From the IMG/VR virus record IMGVR_UViG_3300022719_000152, positions 54,794 to 118,793 of that record: a stretch of 64,000 bases of DNA. The stretch is one strand, 5' to 3'. The notes below the pieces were generated by a model, which was not told the origin of the DNA, made no database searches, and was given only the letters and a program-made list of their open reading frames with translations. A program made the position numbers and the translations under genes. This DNA comes from a virus. Shown here piece by piece: positions 55,920 through 64,000 of the stretch; position 1 is the first letter of the stretch, and the number at the start of each line of letters is the position of its first letter.

Positions 55920-56779
55920 GACTTCAATTCCTTGAGTTGATCGACTAACTGCTGCCTACGAAGCTGCATGTATCGGTAGGCGACCACCAGCTTCCCTGTC
56001 TGAACATCTTCGGGGGATTCCTCGTCTAAGTCTACGTTCTCTATGCCCTTCCTCTGCACTTCATCATAGCGCTTCTTGGTTGAGGCAGGGTCCCTCGTCA
56101 GGAACTTATCCACATCCCTGCCGGCGCTGTCCGGTACGTGGTCAGATGGTTTCAAATTCAGCGGATGGATGTCCGCGAATCTCGCAGTACAGAAGTCACA
56201 TCTACCATCAAGATCGTCCTTTTCGACGTTCCCACAGACGTTGCACCGATACATTGGTTGCGAGAGCATCGTTTGGGCAAAATCCAATGGAGTGGGGAGG
56301 TACGTGACCCCCTGTTCAAGTGCACACGCTGCAACGTACTTCTCAATCTCTTCACCGTAGTCTTCCCGCCGTATCTTATTCGCGATATCGACACCGGCCA
56401 TGAGCTGCGCCACCGTGCAACGCTGAGAGATGTCGAATCGAGGGATGTTATTGTTGAGTACTTGAGTGATCTTCTCGAAGATGTGCCACTCTTCCCAGAA
56501 ACCAATGGTAGACACGAGGGTCCTGGCCACCTGGATCTTCTGCCAGTTGTGTTCGCTGACAGACGTAGCGTTGAACGTAGTCAGTATCTCACTGCGCAGA
56601 GTCTCGGGCTCCCACTCAAACCAATCGACACCAAACTTCTCCATGAGGACCATGACCAACGCCACGGGATGCGCATCATGGTAGCTGAAGAACCGGATGA
56701 TGGGCTCACGAGATGCTTGGACAGCAGCCGGGGCCTTGGATACATCCAATCCCCACTTTATGAGTGGAGCTTGGTCCAT
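55904..56779 (-). CDS. Hypothetical protein with CxxC pairs
   Basis: 291 aa, with CNVC...CDFC. Confidence 0.6.
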   Translation of the reverse strand: MDQAPLIKWGLDVSKAPAAVQASREPIIRFFSYHDAHPVALVMVLMEKFGVDWFEWEPETLRSEILTTFNATSVSEHNWQKIQVARTLVSTIGFWEEWHIFEKITQVLNNNIPRFDISQRCTVAQLMAGVDIANKIRREDYGEEIEKYVAACALEQGVTYLPTPLDFAQTMLSQPMYRCNVCGNVEKDDLDGRCDFCTARFADIHPLNLKPSDHVPDSAGRDVDKFLTRDPASTKKRYDEVQRKGIENVDLDEESPEDVQTGKLVVAYRYMQLRRQQLVDQLKELKSWVTH

Positions 56780-56781
56780 TC

Positions 56782-58329
56782 CTAGCTTCGAGGATCGTAG
56801 CTGCTGTTCAGCGGGTCCGCGCCTCCTTCTGGGGCACGAGAAGCTGCGAATTCAGACTCACCGAACGAGGAAGCATCGTTTGCCATGCGGGCAAACAGTT
56901 TCTTCTGTGGGTCCGGCATCGACATGAACACACTCTCTGGGTCCTTCTGGAATTCTTCCACGAAGTCATCGGAGTATTGCTGCTTGACTGATTCCAGGTT
57001 GTTACGGGCGAGGTTGTGGAGCTCATAGTCGGTTACCCTTTCCGCTCCGGAGGTCCACAGTACCTTAGAGGCAACCTTCACCCCAAAGGTGGACTCCCAG
57101 GGGTTAGGAATGACGCGGTCCCACCCCTGATTGAGGCCGTGCTCGAGGTCGAATCTCCGGAGCACCTCAGCGTAGGTATCGGGCCTCAGCTCAGCCCGTT
57201 TCTCGAAAAGCTCATCCAAGAACTGGCGACCCTCACTATCGGGGGCCATAGCGCACTTGCGCATCTCACAGGCAGACTTGAGTTGCCCATCATCGCCGTA
57301 GCTGGCAGAGCCGAGCTCTCGAATGGTCTCGTCTATAGGGTAACTGATGATAGCCGCCTTTCGCGCTAGCTTGGTGGCAAACTGCCGGCGAATCTCAGGC
57401 TCCATGCTGGACTTGTGGTCCATGAAGTAGTCGTTGGCCTTCTTGACCATGTCCCACGAGTGAATGGGGTAATGACGGCTACCATTAGAGAGAATGACCG
57501 CGTAATCATCGTCGCTCTTGGGGGCAGCCTGCTTGACGATGGGTCGAGGTCTCTGGCCGGTGATATCTACCACCGGTTCTACCCTCTGACCGGCAGTTTT
57601 GGTGAGCTGCTCAGGAGGTAGCAGACCATGCTGGAGGCAAGCGTTCACGAGGTTGGCAGCAGCAGTCTTCTGGGCACTCTCCGGTAGCTTGCTGCCGTGC
57701 TTCATGAAGTAGATCACTGACATCGCCGTCGTGCCCTTCGAGTCGCAGGCAAACTTGCGCATGAGATGGCCCTGATCGAGTGCCACGAGAGCAAAGGCTT
57801 CGTCGGGCAGCTTCTCAGACTCTTTGATGGAGGCAGTCTTGATGGTCTCCGGGAGCTCCTCTGGGGTGGAGAAGAAATCTTTCAGAGTTGCGCCCTCATC
57901 GTCGTAGAAATCCAAGGTGACGCCTGCGTATTTGTAGCCCATGCTGGAACTCTCCTTCTTCTTGCTTGTCAGGCCGCCTATTGAGCCGCCCATACCTACT
58001 CCCGCCAGCGGCAGCAAGGCTTTTGCCGCGGGACCTCGGCCATGGGCCCAAGCGCTCCCAGTTACTCCTCCTAGAATACCCCCAAGACCACCCCGGAGGG
58101 CAGCACTACTTGCATCGTCTGGGTTGGCGAGAGCTCCTACAGCAGCTCCTCCAGCGCCGGCAAGAGAAGCATCTCGAATAGCCTTGGCTGTAGTAGCAGC
58201 AGCTTCATTTTTGATCTGTTTGGCAGCTTCTCGGCCCACCCCGCGAGCTCCCTTTCGAACTTGCCCCTTCCAGTAGGAGGGCTTCATCTTCTTGAACCAC
58301 TCCCAAGCGGCGGCTTTCTTGTCAGACAT
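56782..58329 (-). CDS. Head-associated protein rich in KxA sites with an N-terminal glycine-zipper module
   Basis: GGAGG RBS before MSDKKAA. Contains IKTAS, QKTAA, TKTAG, VKQAA, EKRAE and VKVAS. Confidence 0.65.
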   Translation of the reverse strand: MSDKKAAAWEWFKKMKPSYWKGQVRKGARGVGREAAKQIKNEAAATTAKAIRDASLAGAGGAAVGALANPDDASSAALRGGLGGILGGVTGSAWAHGRGPAAKALLPLAGVGMGGSIGGLTSKKKESSSMGYKYAGVTLDFYDDEGATLKDFFSTPEELPETIKTASIKESEKLPDEAFALVALDQGHLMRKFACDSKGTTAMSVIYFMKHGSKLPESAQKTAAANLVNACLQHGLLPPEQLTKTAGQRVEPVVDITGQRPRPIVKQAAPKSDDDYAVILSNGSRHYPIHSWDMVKKANDYFMDHKSSMEPEIRRQFATKLARKAAIISYPIDETIRELGSASYGDDGQLKSACEMRKCAMAPDSEGRQFLDELFEKRAELRPDTYAEVLRRFDLEHGLNQGWDRVIPNPWESTFGVKVASKVLWTSGAERVTDYELHNLARNNLESVKQQYSDDFVEEFQKDPESVFMSMPDPQKKLFARMANDASSFGESEFAASRAPEGGADPLNSSYDPRS

Positions 58330-58375
58330 TTGGGACCTCCGGGCGAAAGTACCTACCACACCCTACTATATCAAG

Positions 58376-58405
58376 GTGAAATTCCTGAGAATCGTTGGGA
58401 ATAAG
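58376..58405 (+). promoter_or_regulatory. Putative phage promoter for the replication operon
   Basis: GTGAAA-N15-GGGAATAAG. Confidence 0.55.
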
Positions 58406-58439
58406 GGTCATGAAACGTAACCCCAAAGGAGGTTAGATA

Positions 58440-58922
58440 GTGACCTATGAAGAACAGCAGGAGGCGATAACAAACGAGTGCTTCTTGGGGGACGCACCTC
58501 GTGATTGTGATGGCTGTCCTGCTCATCATACCCAAGGCGGAAGATGTTGCTTCGGCCGAGGGGATTACAGCGAAGACGACCAGGAGTGCATGGACTGCCA
58601 CTACAAGGACGACTGCGCTGAAGCAACATTTCAGAACCTAACCCATCAAGAAGAGGAGTTTGAACCAGTGCCTATGTATCGAAACATCATCCCAAGAAGA
58701 TCTAGCCGGCTACCCATCGTTGGTCAGCCCAGACCAACCCGTGCGGCCTCCCCCTCTAGTGATACCGCACTGATACAAGACACAGAAGCCCACAATGTGG
58801 AGCCTATGGACTTGAGTGAAATGAGCATGCCAAGGCAGTTTCTGGCCCACATGGGCTGGGGCGGCGTAGAAGGCGCTCTGAGCATGGGTTTGAGGTACTT
58901 CCAGCGACGCCGACCTCGGTAA
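58440..58922 (+). CDS. Cys-rich hypothetical protein
   Basis: AAGGAGG RBS. Two related CF(L)G...CxxC units. Confidence 0.6.
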   Translation: MTYEEQQEAITNECFLGDAPRDCDGCPAHHTQGGRCCFGRGDYSEDDQECMDCHYKDDCAEATFQNLTHQEEEFEPVPMYRNIIPRRSSRLPIVGQPRPTRAASPSSDTALIQDTEAHNVEPMDLSEMSMPRQFLAHMGWGGVEGALSMGLRYFQRRRPR

Positions 58923-59356
58923 TGCAGAAGGGGGAGGAGTCAGCCAGTTTTGGTGCCGAGATGAGGGCGGCCAGGTTAGAGTCGGGCTACCCACACCTCA
59001 AGGACTTCGCCTATGTCATCAACATGAGGTACGAGACGTACCGATGCTACGAAAGAGGGAAACGAATTCCGAGCATCAAAACGCTAGAGCACATCATCCA
59101 GCAAGCAAGCCTGCCAGATGAGATTGCAGACAAGCTCAGAGAAACTGCCAACAGGGCGCGGGGTAAGAAGAAAGGTGTCATCGTAACCAAGCCCATCAAG
59201 GCAGACGTAGACATTCCCAAGCTGGCCCAGAGCCTAGTCAGCGACTTCGAGTTTGAAGCCATGCGCGGGGATAGAAAAGAACTCAGTGAGAGAACCCTCA
59301 AAGCCTGCGCCCGCAGAGCTGAGATGAGACTCAAAGCGGCATTGGAGCCAAAATGA
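58922..59356 (+). CDS. XRE-family HTH transcriptional regulator
   Basis: FGAEMRAARL...YERGKRIPS. Confidence 0.75.
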   Translation: MQKGEESASFGAEMRAARLESGYPHLKDFAYVINMRYETYRCYERGKRIPSIKTLEHIIQQASLPDEIADKLRETANRARGKKKGVIVTKPIKADVDIPKLAQSLVSDFEFEAMRGDRKELSERTLKACARRAEMRLKAALEPK

Positions 59357-60774
59357 CCGTGTACAACTTCCCGGTGAGGAATCCTAACAAAGCGTACCTC
59401 ACCAACAACCTGCTGCTACCTATATCTGGGGTCCTACCCCGACCGGTCAAAGCAGCACTCACCTTCTACTATGGTGAGAAAGACATCATCGACGGAGAGA
59501 CCGGAGAAATAATCGGTTCTCGTCCAGCAGAGATGTATCTATGGGATGCAACAATGCATCACCTCATAGTGCCCCGACTATTCATACCCCCGGAGCACTT
59601 CAAGCACTACGACTTTGAGTTCGTAGACTGCAGGCCGCAGAGCTGGCCAACAGTAGACATCGAAGACAACATCGAGCTTCGAGACGAAGAGCAAGAAGAG
59701 GCTTTTGAAGCCTTGCTCACAAACGATTACGGAACCCTGAACCTAGCGTGTGGGAAAGGGAAAACCGTCCTAGCATTGAAGCTGGCCGCGGTGAGGAAAG
59801 TTCCAACCCTCATCGTGGTCAACTCAACATACCTACTTGAGCAGTGGAAAAGCGAGATAGAAGAACATCTCGGAGTAGGCAGTGTGGGAACCATCCAAGG
59901 TCCAAACATCGACTGGAAGGGACACCCCATCACTATAGCCATGGTCAACACCCTAGCCCTACACAGGGAGAAGTGGCCGTGGGAATTCAGATGCTGGTTC
60001 GGTTTGGTGTTGTACGACGAAGGACACCACATGAGCGCGCCGTTGTTCGTCAGGTGTGCCGACCTATTCTTTGGAAGTCGGTACTCCCTGACGGCCACGG
60101 CCAACCGAACAGATGGTCTGGAGAGTATCTACCAGTACCATCTGGGCGGCATCATCCACTCAAATCTTAGCCAAGAGATCATCCCCACGACCTTATTCCA
60201 CAAGCTGAAATGGGAGATGCCGCCAGGGGATAAGGTCCAGGTACTCGACGCTAACCATGAGGTTAACATTTCTAGGACCAGGTCATACCTGGGGCGCCTA
60301 GAGTGGCGGAATCAGATGATCTTTGAGGACGCTCTCAAAGATCTAGCCGAGGGGAGGCAGTTGTTGATACTGACCCACAGCGTCCCGCACGCCAAGGCCC
60401 TGGAGGAGCTGTTCCGAGACTCCACCTGGTACGCCGGTCTGGTGATCGGGGAGACACCGCAGGGAGACCGAGTGAGCATTCTACGCAAGAAGAACCCCGT
60501 CATTGGTACGTTCCAGCTTGCGCGAGAAGGGCTGAACAAGCCTGAGCTCGATACTCTCTACGTCATCACACCATTTTCCAACAAGAATGACCTCCAGCAG
60601 TCCTGGGGTCGAATCCAGCGGAGATTTGCTGGCAAGAAAGATCCTATCGTCCGGGTCTATGAGGACCATGCCATCGACAAGTGTGTGTCCTCTTGCAGAA
60701 CCCTACGGAGGAACCTCAAGGCCATCGATTATCCGTACCGAAACAAGAACATCAACATGGAGCTAGAATTATGA
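59353..60774 (+). CDS. Superfamily 2 helicase (UvsW/XPB-like)
   Basis: LRDEEQ, LACGKGKT, YDEGHH, LTATANR, EGLN and QSWGRIQR. Confidence 0.9.
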   Translation: MTVYNFPVRNPNKAYLTNNLLLPISGVLPRPVKAALTFYYGEKDIIDGETGEIIGSRPAEMYLWDATMHHLIVPRLFIPPEHFKHYDFEFVDCRPQSWPTVDIEDNIELRDEEQEEAFEALLTNDYGTLNLACGKGKTVLALKLAAVRKVPTLIVVNSTYLLEQWKSEIEEHLGVGSVGTIQGPNIDWKGHPITIAMVNTLALHREKWPWEFRCWFGLVLYDEGHHMSAPLFVRCADLFFGSRYSLTATANRTDGLESIYQYHLGGIIHSNLSQEIIPTTLFHKLKWEMPPGDKVQVLDANHEVNISRTRSYLGRLEWRNQMIFEDALKDLAEGRQLLILTHSVPHAKALEELFRDSTWYAGLVIGETPQGDRVSILRKKNPVIGTFQLAREGLNKPELDTLYVITPFSNKNDLQQSWGRIQRRFAGKKDPIVRVYEDHAIDKCVSSCRTLRRNLKAIDYPYRNKNINMELEL

Positions 60775-61184
60775 GCAAGACAAAAGGAAGAATGATCCTG
60801 GTCAAGGACATCTCCGGAGACAAGTACCTCGGATACACTGAGGAGAAGGAAATTGAGGCAGGTGGCATCCTGTTCTTGAATCAAGTCAGGTACATGAACG
60901 AGTTGCGACAGCCCGCCCTGTCGCTGGATGAAAACACAAGGGAGCGGAAAGTAGTGGGGTTTCAGACCCTCATGACCTTGATGCCTATCGACTGCTTTGA
61001 GGGGGCAGTGGACAACTTCGGCGTAATTGTCGCCTCCTGGTACTATCCTGGTGACCATGGAGACAGGGTCATGTCGAAGTTCAAGAACCTCATCAAGAAC
61101 GCGGAGCTGAACGAGACAGCCACTCGAGCTGATGAGGCTGGCATCCAGCTCGTTAACGCTGCTGGGCTACCTAAGGGCGCGTAA
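60771..61184 (+). CDS. Hypothetical protein (small beta-rich)
   Basis: ATGA-coupled start MSKTKG. Confidence 0.55.
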   Translation: MSKTKGRMILVKDISGDKYLGYTEEKEIEAGGILFLNQVRYMNELRQPALSLDENTRERKVVGFQTLMTLMPIDCFEGAVDNFGVIVASWYYPGDHGDRVMSKFKNLIKNAELNETATRADEAGIQLVNAAGLPKGA

Positions 61185-61189
61185 ATACG

Positions 61190-61957
61190 GTGAAGCCCTG
61201 GTCTACCAAGTGGAAACAAGCCCAACTAGACCTTCTCCAAGAGGAGTGGTCTGAGTGTGAAAAGTGTGGACTTTGCACGACTCGCACAAACGTCGTCTTC
61301 GGTGAAGGGAATCCTGATGCCGACATCCTATTCGTCGGGGAAGCCCCCGGCGAATGGGAAGACGAGTCTGGAATCCCCTTCGTAGACATCTACGAAGAAG
61401 ACCACAAGGGCGTCAGCGGCAAGGTACTCTCGAACCTATTGATTGCCGCCGGCATCAACAGGGAGGACTGCTACATCACTAATATCGTGGCATGCCATCC
61501 TCCCGAGAACCGGGACCCCTCCACAGAAGAGAAGAAAATCTGCATGGAGAGGGTGCAAAAGATCATCTACATAGTTGACCCCCTCGTCATCGTGGGGATA
61601 GGAAAGATAGCGTTCAACATGTTCGCCACCGGGGCCACCTGGGGCATTGAGAAAGAGCATGGCAAACTGTTCACCAATCCACACCCAAGCATAAAGACAA
61701 CAGGGGAGCGTAACGGCTATGACATGGCCGGGGTCGTGATGCCTCTGAAAGGAGCTGACAAGAAGACATACACCTTAGACTACGACGTGATGGGAATCTA
61801 TCACCCCAGCTACATCCTTCGTAAGGATCCTCGAGATAGGAAGGGAGACTTCCTGCCGAGAGGGCTGGCCGACAAAACGCTGAAAGATCTGAAGTGGCTG
61901 AAGAGCCATATTGATCAGTTGAAAGAAGAACACCACGGTGTTCGTAAGCTGCTCTAG
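61190..61957 (+). CDS. Uracil-DNA glycosylase, family 4 (Fe-S)
   Basis: CEKCGLC, GEAPG..ED..G.PFV, TNIVACHPPENR and YHPSY. Confidence 0.9.
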   Translation: MKPWSTKWKQAQLDLLQEEWSECEKCGLCTTRTNVVFGEGNPDADILFVGEAPGEWEDESGIPFVDIYEEDHKGVSGKVLSNLLIAAGINREDCYITNIVACHPPENRDPSTEEKKICMERVQKIIYIVDPLVIVGIGKIAFNMFATGATWGIEKEHGKLFTNPHPSIKTTGERNGYDMAGVVMPLKGADKKTYTLDYDVMGIYHPSYILRKDPRDRKGDFLPRGLADKTLKDLKWLKSHIDQLKEEHHGVRKLL

Positions 61958-61966
61958 GAGCCAACC

Positions 61967-62512
61967 ATGGGAAAACTGAAGTTGAGGACCGGCAAGGTCT
62001 CAAAGAAGTCCAAGGCTACCACAATCAAGCGGAAGCCTAAGCAAGACCCCAAAGAACAAGCCAAACAAGCGGCGATTGAAGCCATCGAGAAGTACAAGGC
62101 TGCGCGCCAAATCCTGAATGAGATGAGAGAAGAATTCTCTCAGACCTACCCAGAAGCAAAGAAGCTGTTGGAAGAAATCCATCGGCAAGAAGACGAAGTC
62201 GTATCACTCATCGAGAATGCGAAGCTCAAAGTCCGTGCGGCTGAAGAGACCATCGAAGACTTCGTCTGCCAAATCAAACACTCCAAACCTACCTACGACA
62301 GCAACAAGGTCTTGGAGATCGCAGAGACTCTGGAAGACCCAGGTGAAGTTTTCGCCGGGCTACTAGGGGCGGGAGGCATCAAGAGCATCACGTTCAACAA
62401 CAACGATGCCATGGCCTTCTTTGCGAAGAATCCTGAATTCGGGAAGGTGTTTGAACCCGCCTTCAAGGATAGGGAGAAGCTGACCCCCTCAGTGTCGGTC
62501 CCTAAAGTCTAG
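61967..62512 (+). CDS. Hypothetical coiled-coil protein
   Basis: AGGAG RBS, 181 aa. Confidence 0.6.
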   Translation: MGKLKLRTGKVSKKSKATTIKRKPKQDPKEQAKQAAIEAIEKYKAARQILNEMREEFSQTYPEAKKLLEEIHRQEDEVVSLIENAKLKVRAAEETIEDFVCQIKHSKPTYDSNKVLEIAETLEDPGEVFAGLLGAGGIKSITFNNNDAMAFFAKNPEFGKVFEPAFKDREKLTPSVSVPKV

Positions 62513-62520
62513 GGGTCCAC

Positions 62521-63060
62521 ATGACAGAGGCTACTGAGCCGGTCGAGTTCGTAGATCTCGACTGGATGTACCATCTGACTCGGCGTCGTGTGTTCGCAGA
62601 CGACATCGGTGCAGTGGAAGAACAGGTGCTTGAGAAAGTGCCACTACCGGAGGATTTAATGACTGCTATCCAAGACTATGTTGGGGATGGTCAAGGTAGG
62701 ATCACGGTCAGCAAAGAGCTGTCCACCAACCAAGACTATTGCAAAGCTGGCTCGTTCGTCAGCATCTCTCTAGCCTGTGACAACAGCCTGGAGGCAGCGG
62801 AGGCGGTCCACGACATCGCGGCACCCTACGCTCAAAAGCTCGTTGAAGTGGACCATCACGAGATGTCCTTGATGCGAGACCAGTTCTTCATCAGTGCGGG
62901 CCGGAAGAAAAGCTGCCTGCACCAAGAGGAAGAGACCCCTGCGCGGAAGGCAGCTCCTTCCAAGACCGGAGGTAAGAAGTCCGGAGGTAAGAAGGTTCAA
63001 CGTGGCGGAAGCATCACTGCGCCAACCAAGGCCCGCTCCAAGCCCAACGTCCGGAGGTAA
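62521..63060 (+). CDS. Hypothetical protein with a basic tail
   Basis: 179-aa ORF in the operon. Confidence 0.6.
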   Translation: MTEATEPVEFVDLDWMYHLTRRRVFADDIGAVEEQVLEKVPLPEDLMTAIQDYVGDGQGRITVSKELSTNQDYCKAGSFVSISLACDNSLEAAEAVHDIAAPYAQKLVEVDHHEMSLMRDQFFISAGRKKSCLHQEEETPARKAAPSKTGGKKSGGKKVQRGGSITAPTKARSKPNVRR

Positions 63061-63063
63061 GCC

Positions 63064-63381
63064 ATGTTCAAAATGGATGAGTCTACCGCTCCGATTAACT
63101 CCGTCGAGGTGGCAGAGGGTACATTTGAGTGCTTTGGCATGAAGAACCCCAAACTGTCCGTGAAGATGGTCTACAAAAACTCCAAGACTGGCACCACTTA
63201 CGGTGGTTGCGACATGTCTGAACGCTTGATGAGTGAGGCAACACAGTCATTGTTCAAGCAGTTCTTGGAGAGTGCCGAGAATGACTTCGGCCAAATAGCT
63301 CTAGGCTCTGGGACCGTAGGTTCCGACCTCAAACCTGAATCAGACGAAGGACTAAGCCTCCGAGGTCTGGGGAAGGAGTAA
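63064..63381 (+). CDS. Hypothetical protein
   Basis: GGAGG RBS, 105 aa. Confidence 0.6.
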   Translation: MFKMDESTAPINSVEVAEGTFECFGMKNPKLSVKMVYKNSKTGTTYGGCDMSERLMSEATQSLFKQFLESAENDFGQIALGSGTVGSDLKPESDEGLSLRGLGKE

Positions 63382-63384
63382 TTG

Positions 63385-64000
63385 ATGGCAGCCCTAGAGT
63401 CTCGTGTGATCACACGGATACTTGAAGAGGGGATGGTAGATGCCATCAGAGCAGGGCTGTCTGCCGATATGTTCAAGGACCCGGAGTCCCGACAGATATT
63501 CAAGTTCATTCGGCAGCACTGGTACAAGCCAGAGACCATCAAGACTGTCCCCTCCCTAGGGATGATTCAGTACCGGTGGCCTTCTTTTGAGCCAACCGGT
63601 GATTCTGATGACCCCGATGTCCGTGCGGACACAAAAGCGCTCATCAATGAGCTGAAGGTGATGTCCTTCAACACGGATGTCAGGTCGTTAGCCTCGTTCT
63701 TCCACGAGCTGGCTGACGAAGACCCTGAAGAGGCCATCCGCGTCATCCAAAAACACACAACAAAGCTCACCAAAGATATGAAAGGGCACGAGAAGTTGGG
63801 TGTGAACGAGGTGACAGAGCTGGCTATCGAGCACTACGAAGGCACCATGACAGGTGCTGTCTACGGGCTTCCATACCCGTGGAAGTGCTTGAACGAAGAC
63901 ACCATGGGCAAACATGAGGGTGATTTCATCGTCCTCTATGGCCGCATGAAGTCCATGAAGACTTGGATCCTTCTGTACATGGCCATCTATGACTACCTGG
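63385..64000 (+). CDS. DnaB-like replicative helicase (3' truncated)
   Basis: AAGGAG RBS. MAALESRVITRIL...YGLPYPWKCLNEDTMG...IVLYGRMKSMKTW includes a Walker A-like segment. Confidence 0.75.
   Translation, partial: MAALESRVITRILEEGMVDAIRAGLSADMFKDPESRQIFKFIRQHWYKPETIKTVPSLGMIQYRWPSFEPTGDSDDPDVRADTKALINELKVMSFNTDVRSLASFFHELADEDPEEAIRVIQKHTTKLTKDMKGHEKLGVNEVTELAIEHYEGTMTGAVYGLPYPWKCLNEDTMGKHEGDFIVLYGRMKSMKTWILLYMAIYDYL

Noticed and set aside
1-64000. Alternative genetic code (stop-codon reassignment)
   Set aside because: Long genes are intact in the standard code, and TAA, TAG and TGA all terminate well-supported genes.

Overview
This window is a contiguous 64-kb piece of a large, probably jumbo-class, tailed dsDNA phage with a contractile tail. 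No rRNA, tRNA or CRISPR array was seen. Layout: (i) 1-7300, minus strand: accessory and DNA-metabolism genes (DinG-like helicase, bacterial-type histone, J-domain protein, DUF932-like, MazG-like, 5'-nucleotidase, ParB-like). (ii) About 7500-58330, mostly minus strand: a morphogenesis block with tail tube, sheath, neck proteins, major capsid protein, scaffold-like proteins, prohead protease, large terminase with two inteins, baseplate spike, a single-chain fused beta-beta' RNA polymerase with an intein, and portal. Small plus-strand islands interrupt it (RNase HII, an acid-ceramidase-like hydrolase, Zn-finger ORFs). (iii) 58440-end, plus strand: replication genes (XRE regulator, SF2 helicase, family-4 UDG, DnaB-like helicase). 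The strongest candidate for an undescribed system is a pervasive K-x-A(/S/G) motif across about 17 head-region proteins. It includes two shared N-terminal leaders (AFxDELxKxA and LLxSSxxAxELTKxA) on otherwise unrelated cargo proteins whose downstream segments are amphipathic or glycine-zipper. This suggests a capsid-targeting and protease-maturation code. Also notable are the minimized fused RNAP, a phage-encoded histone, and a recurrent bipartite promoter-like motif in front of the non-structural genes. All calls come from reading motifs by eye; no database searches were run.
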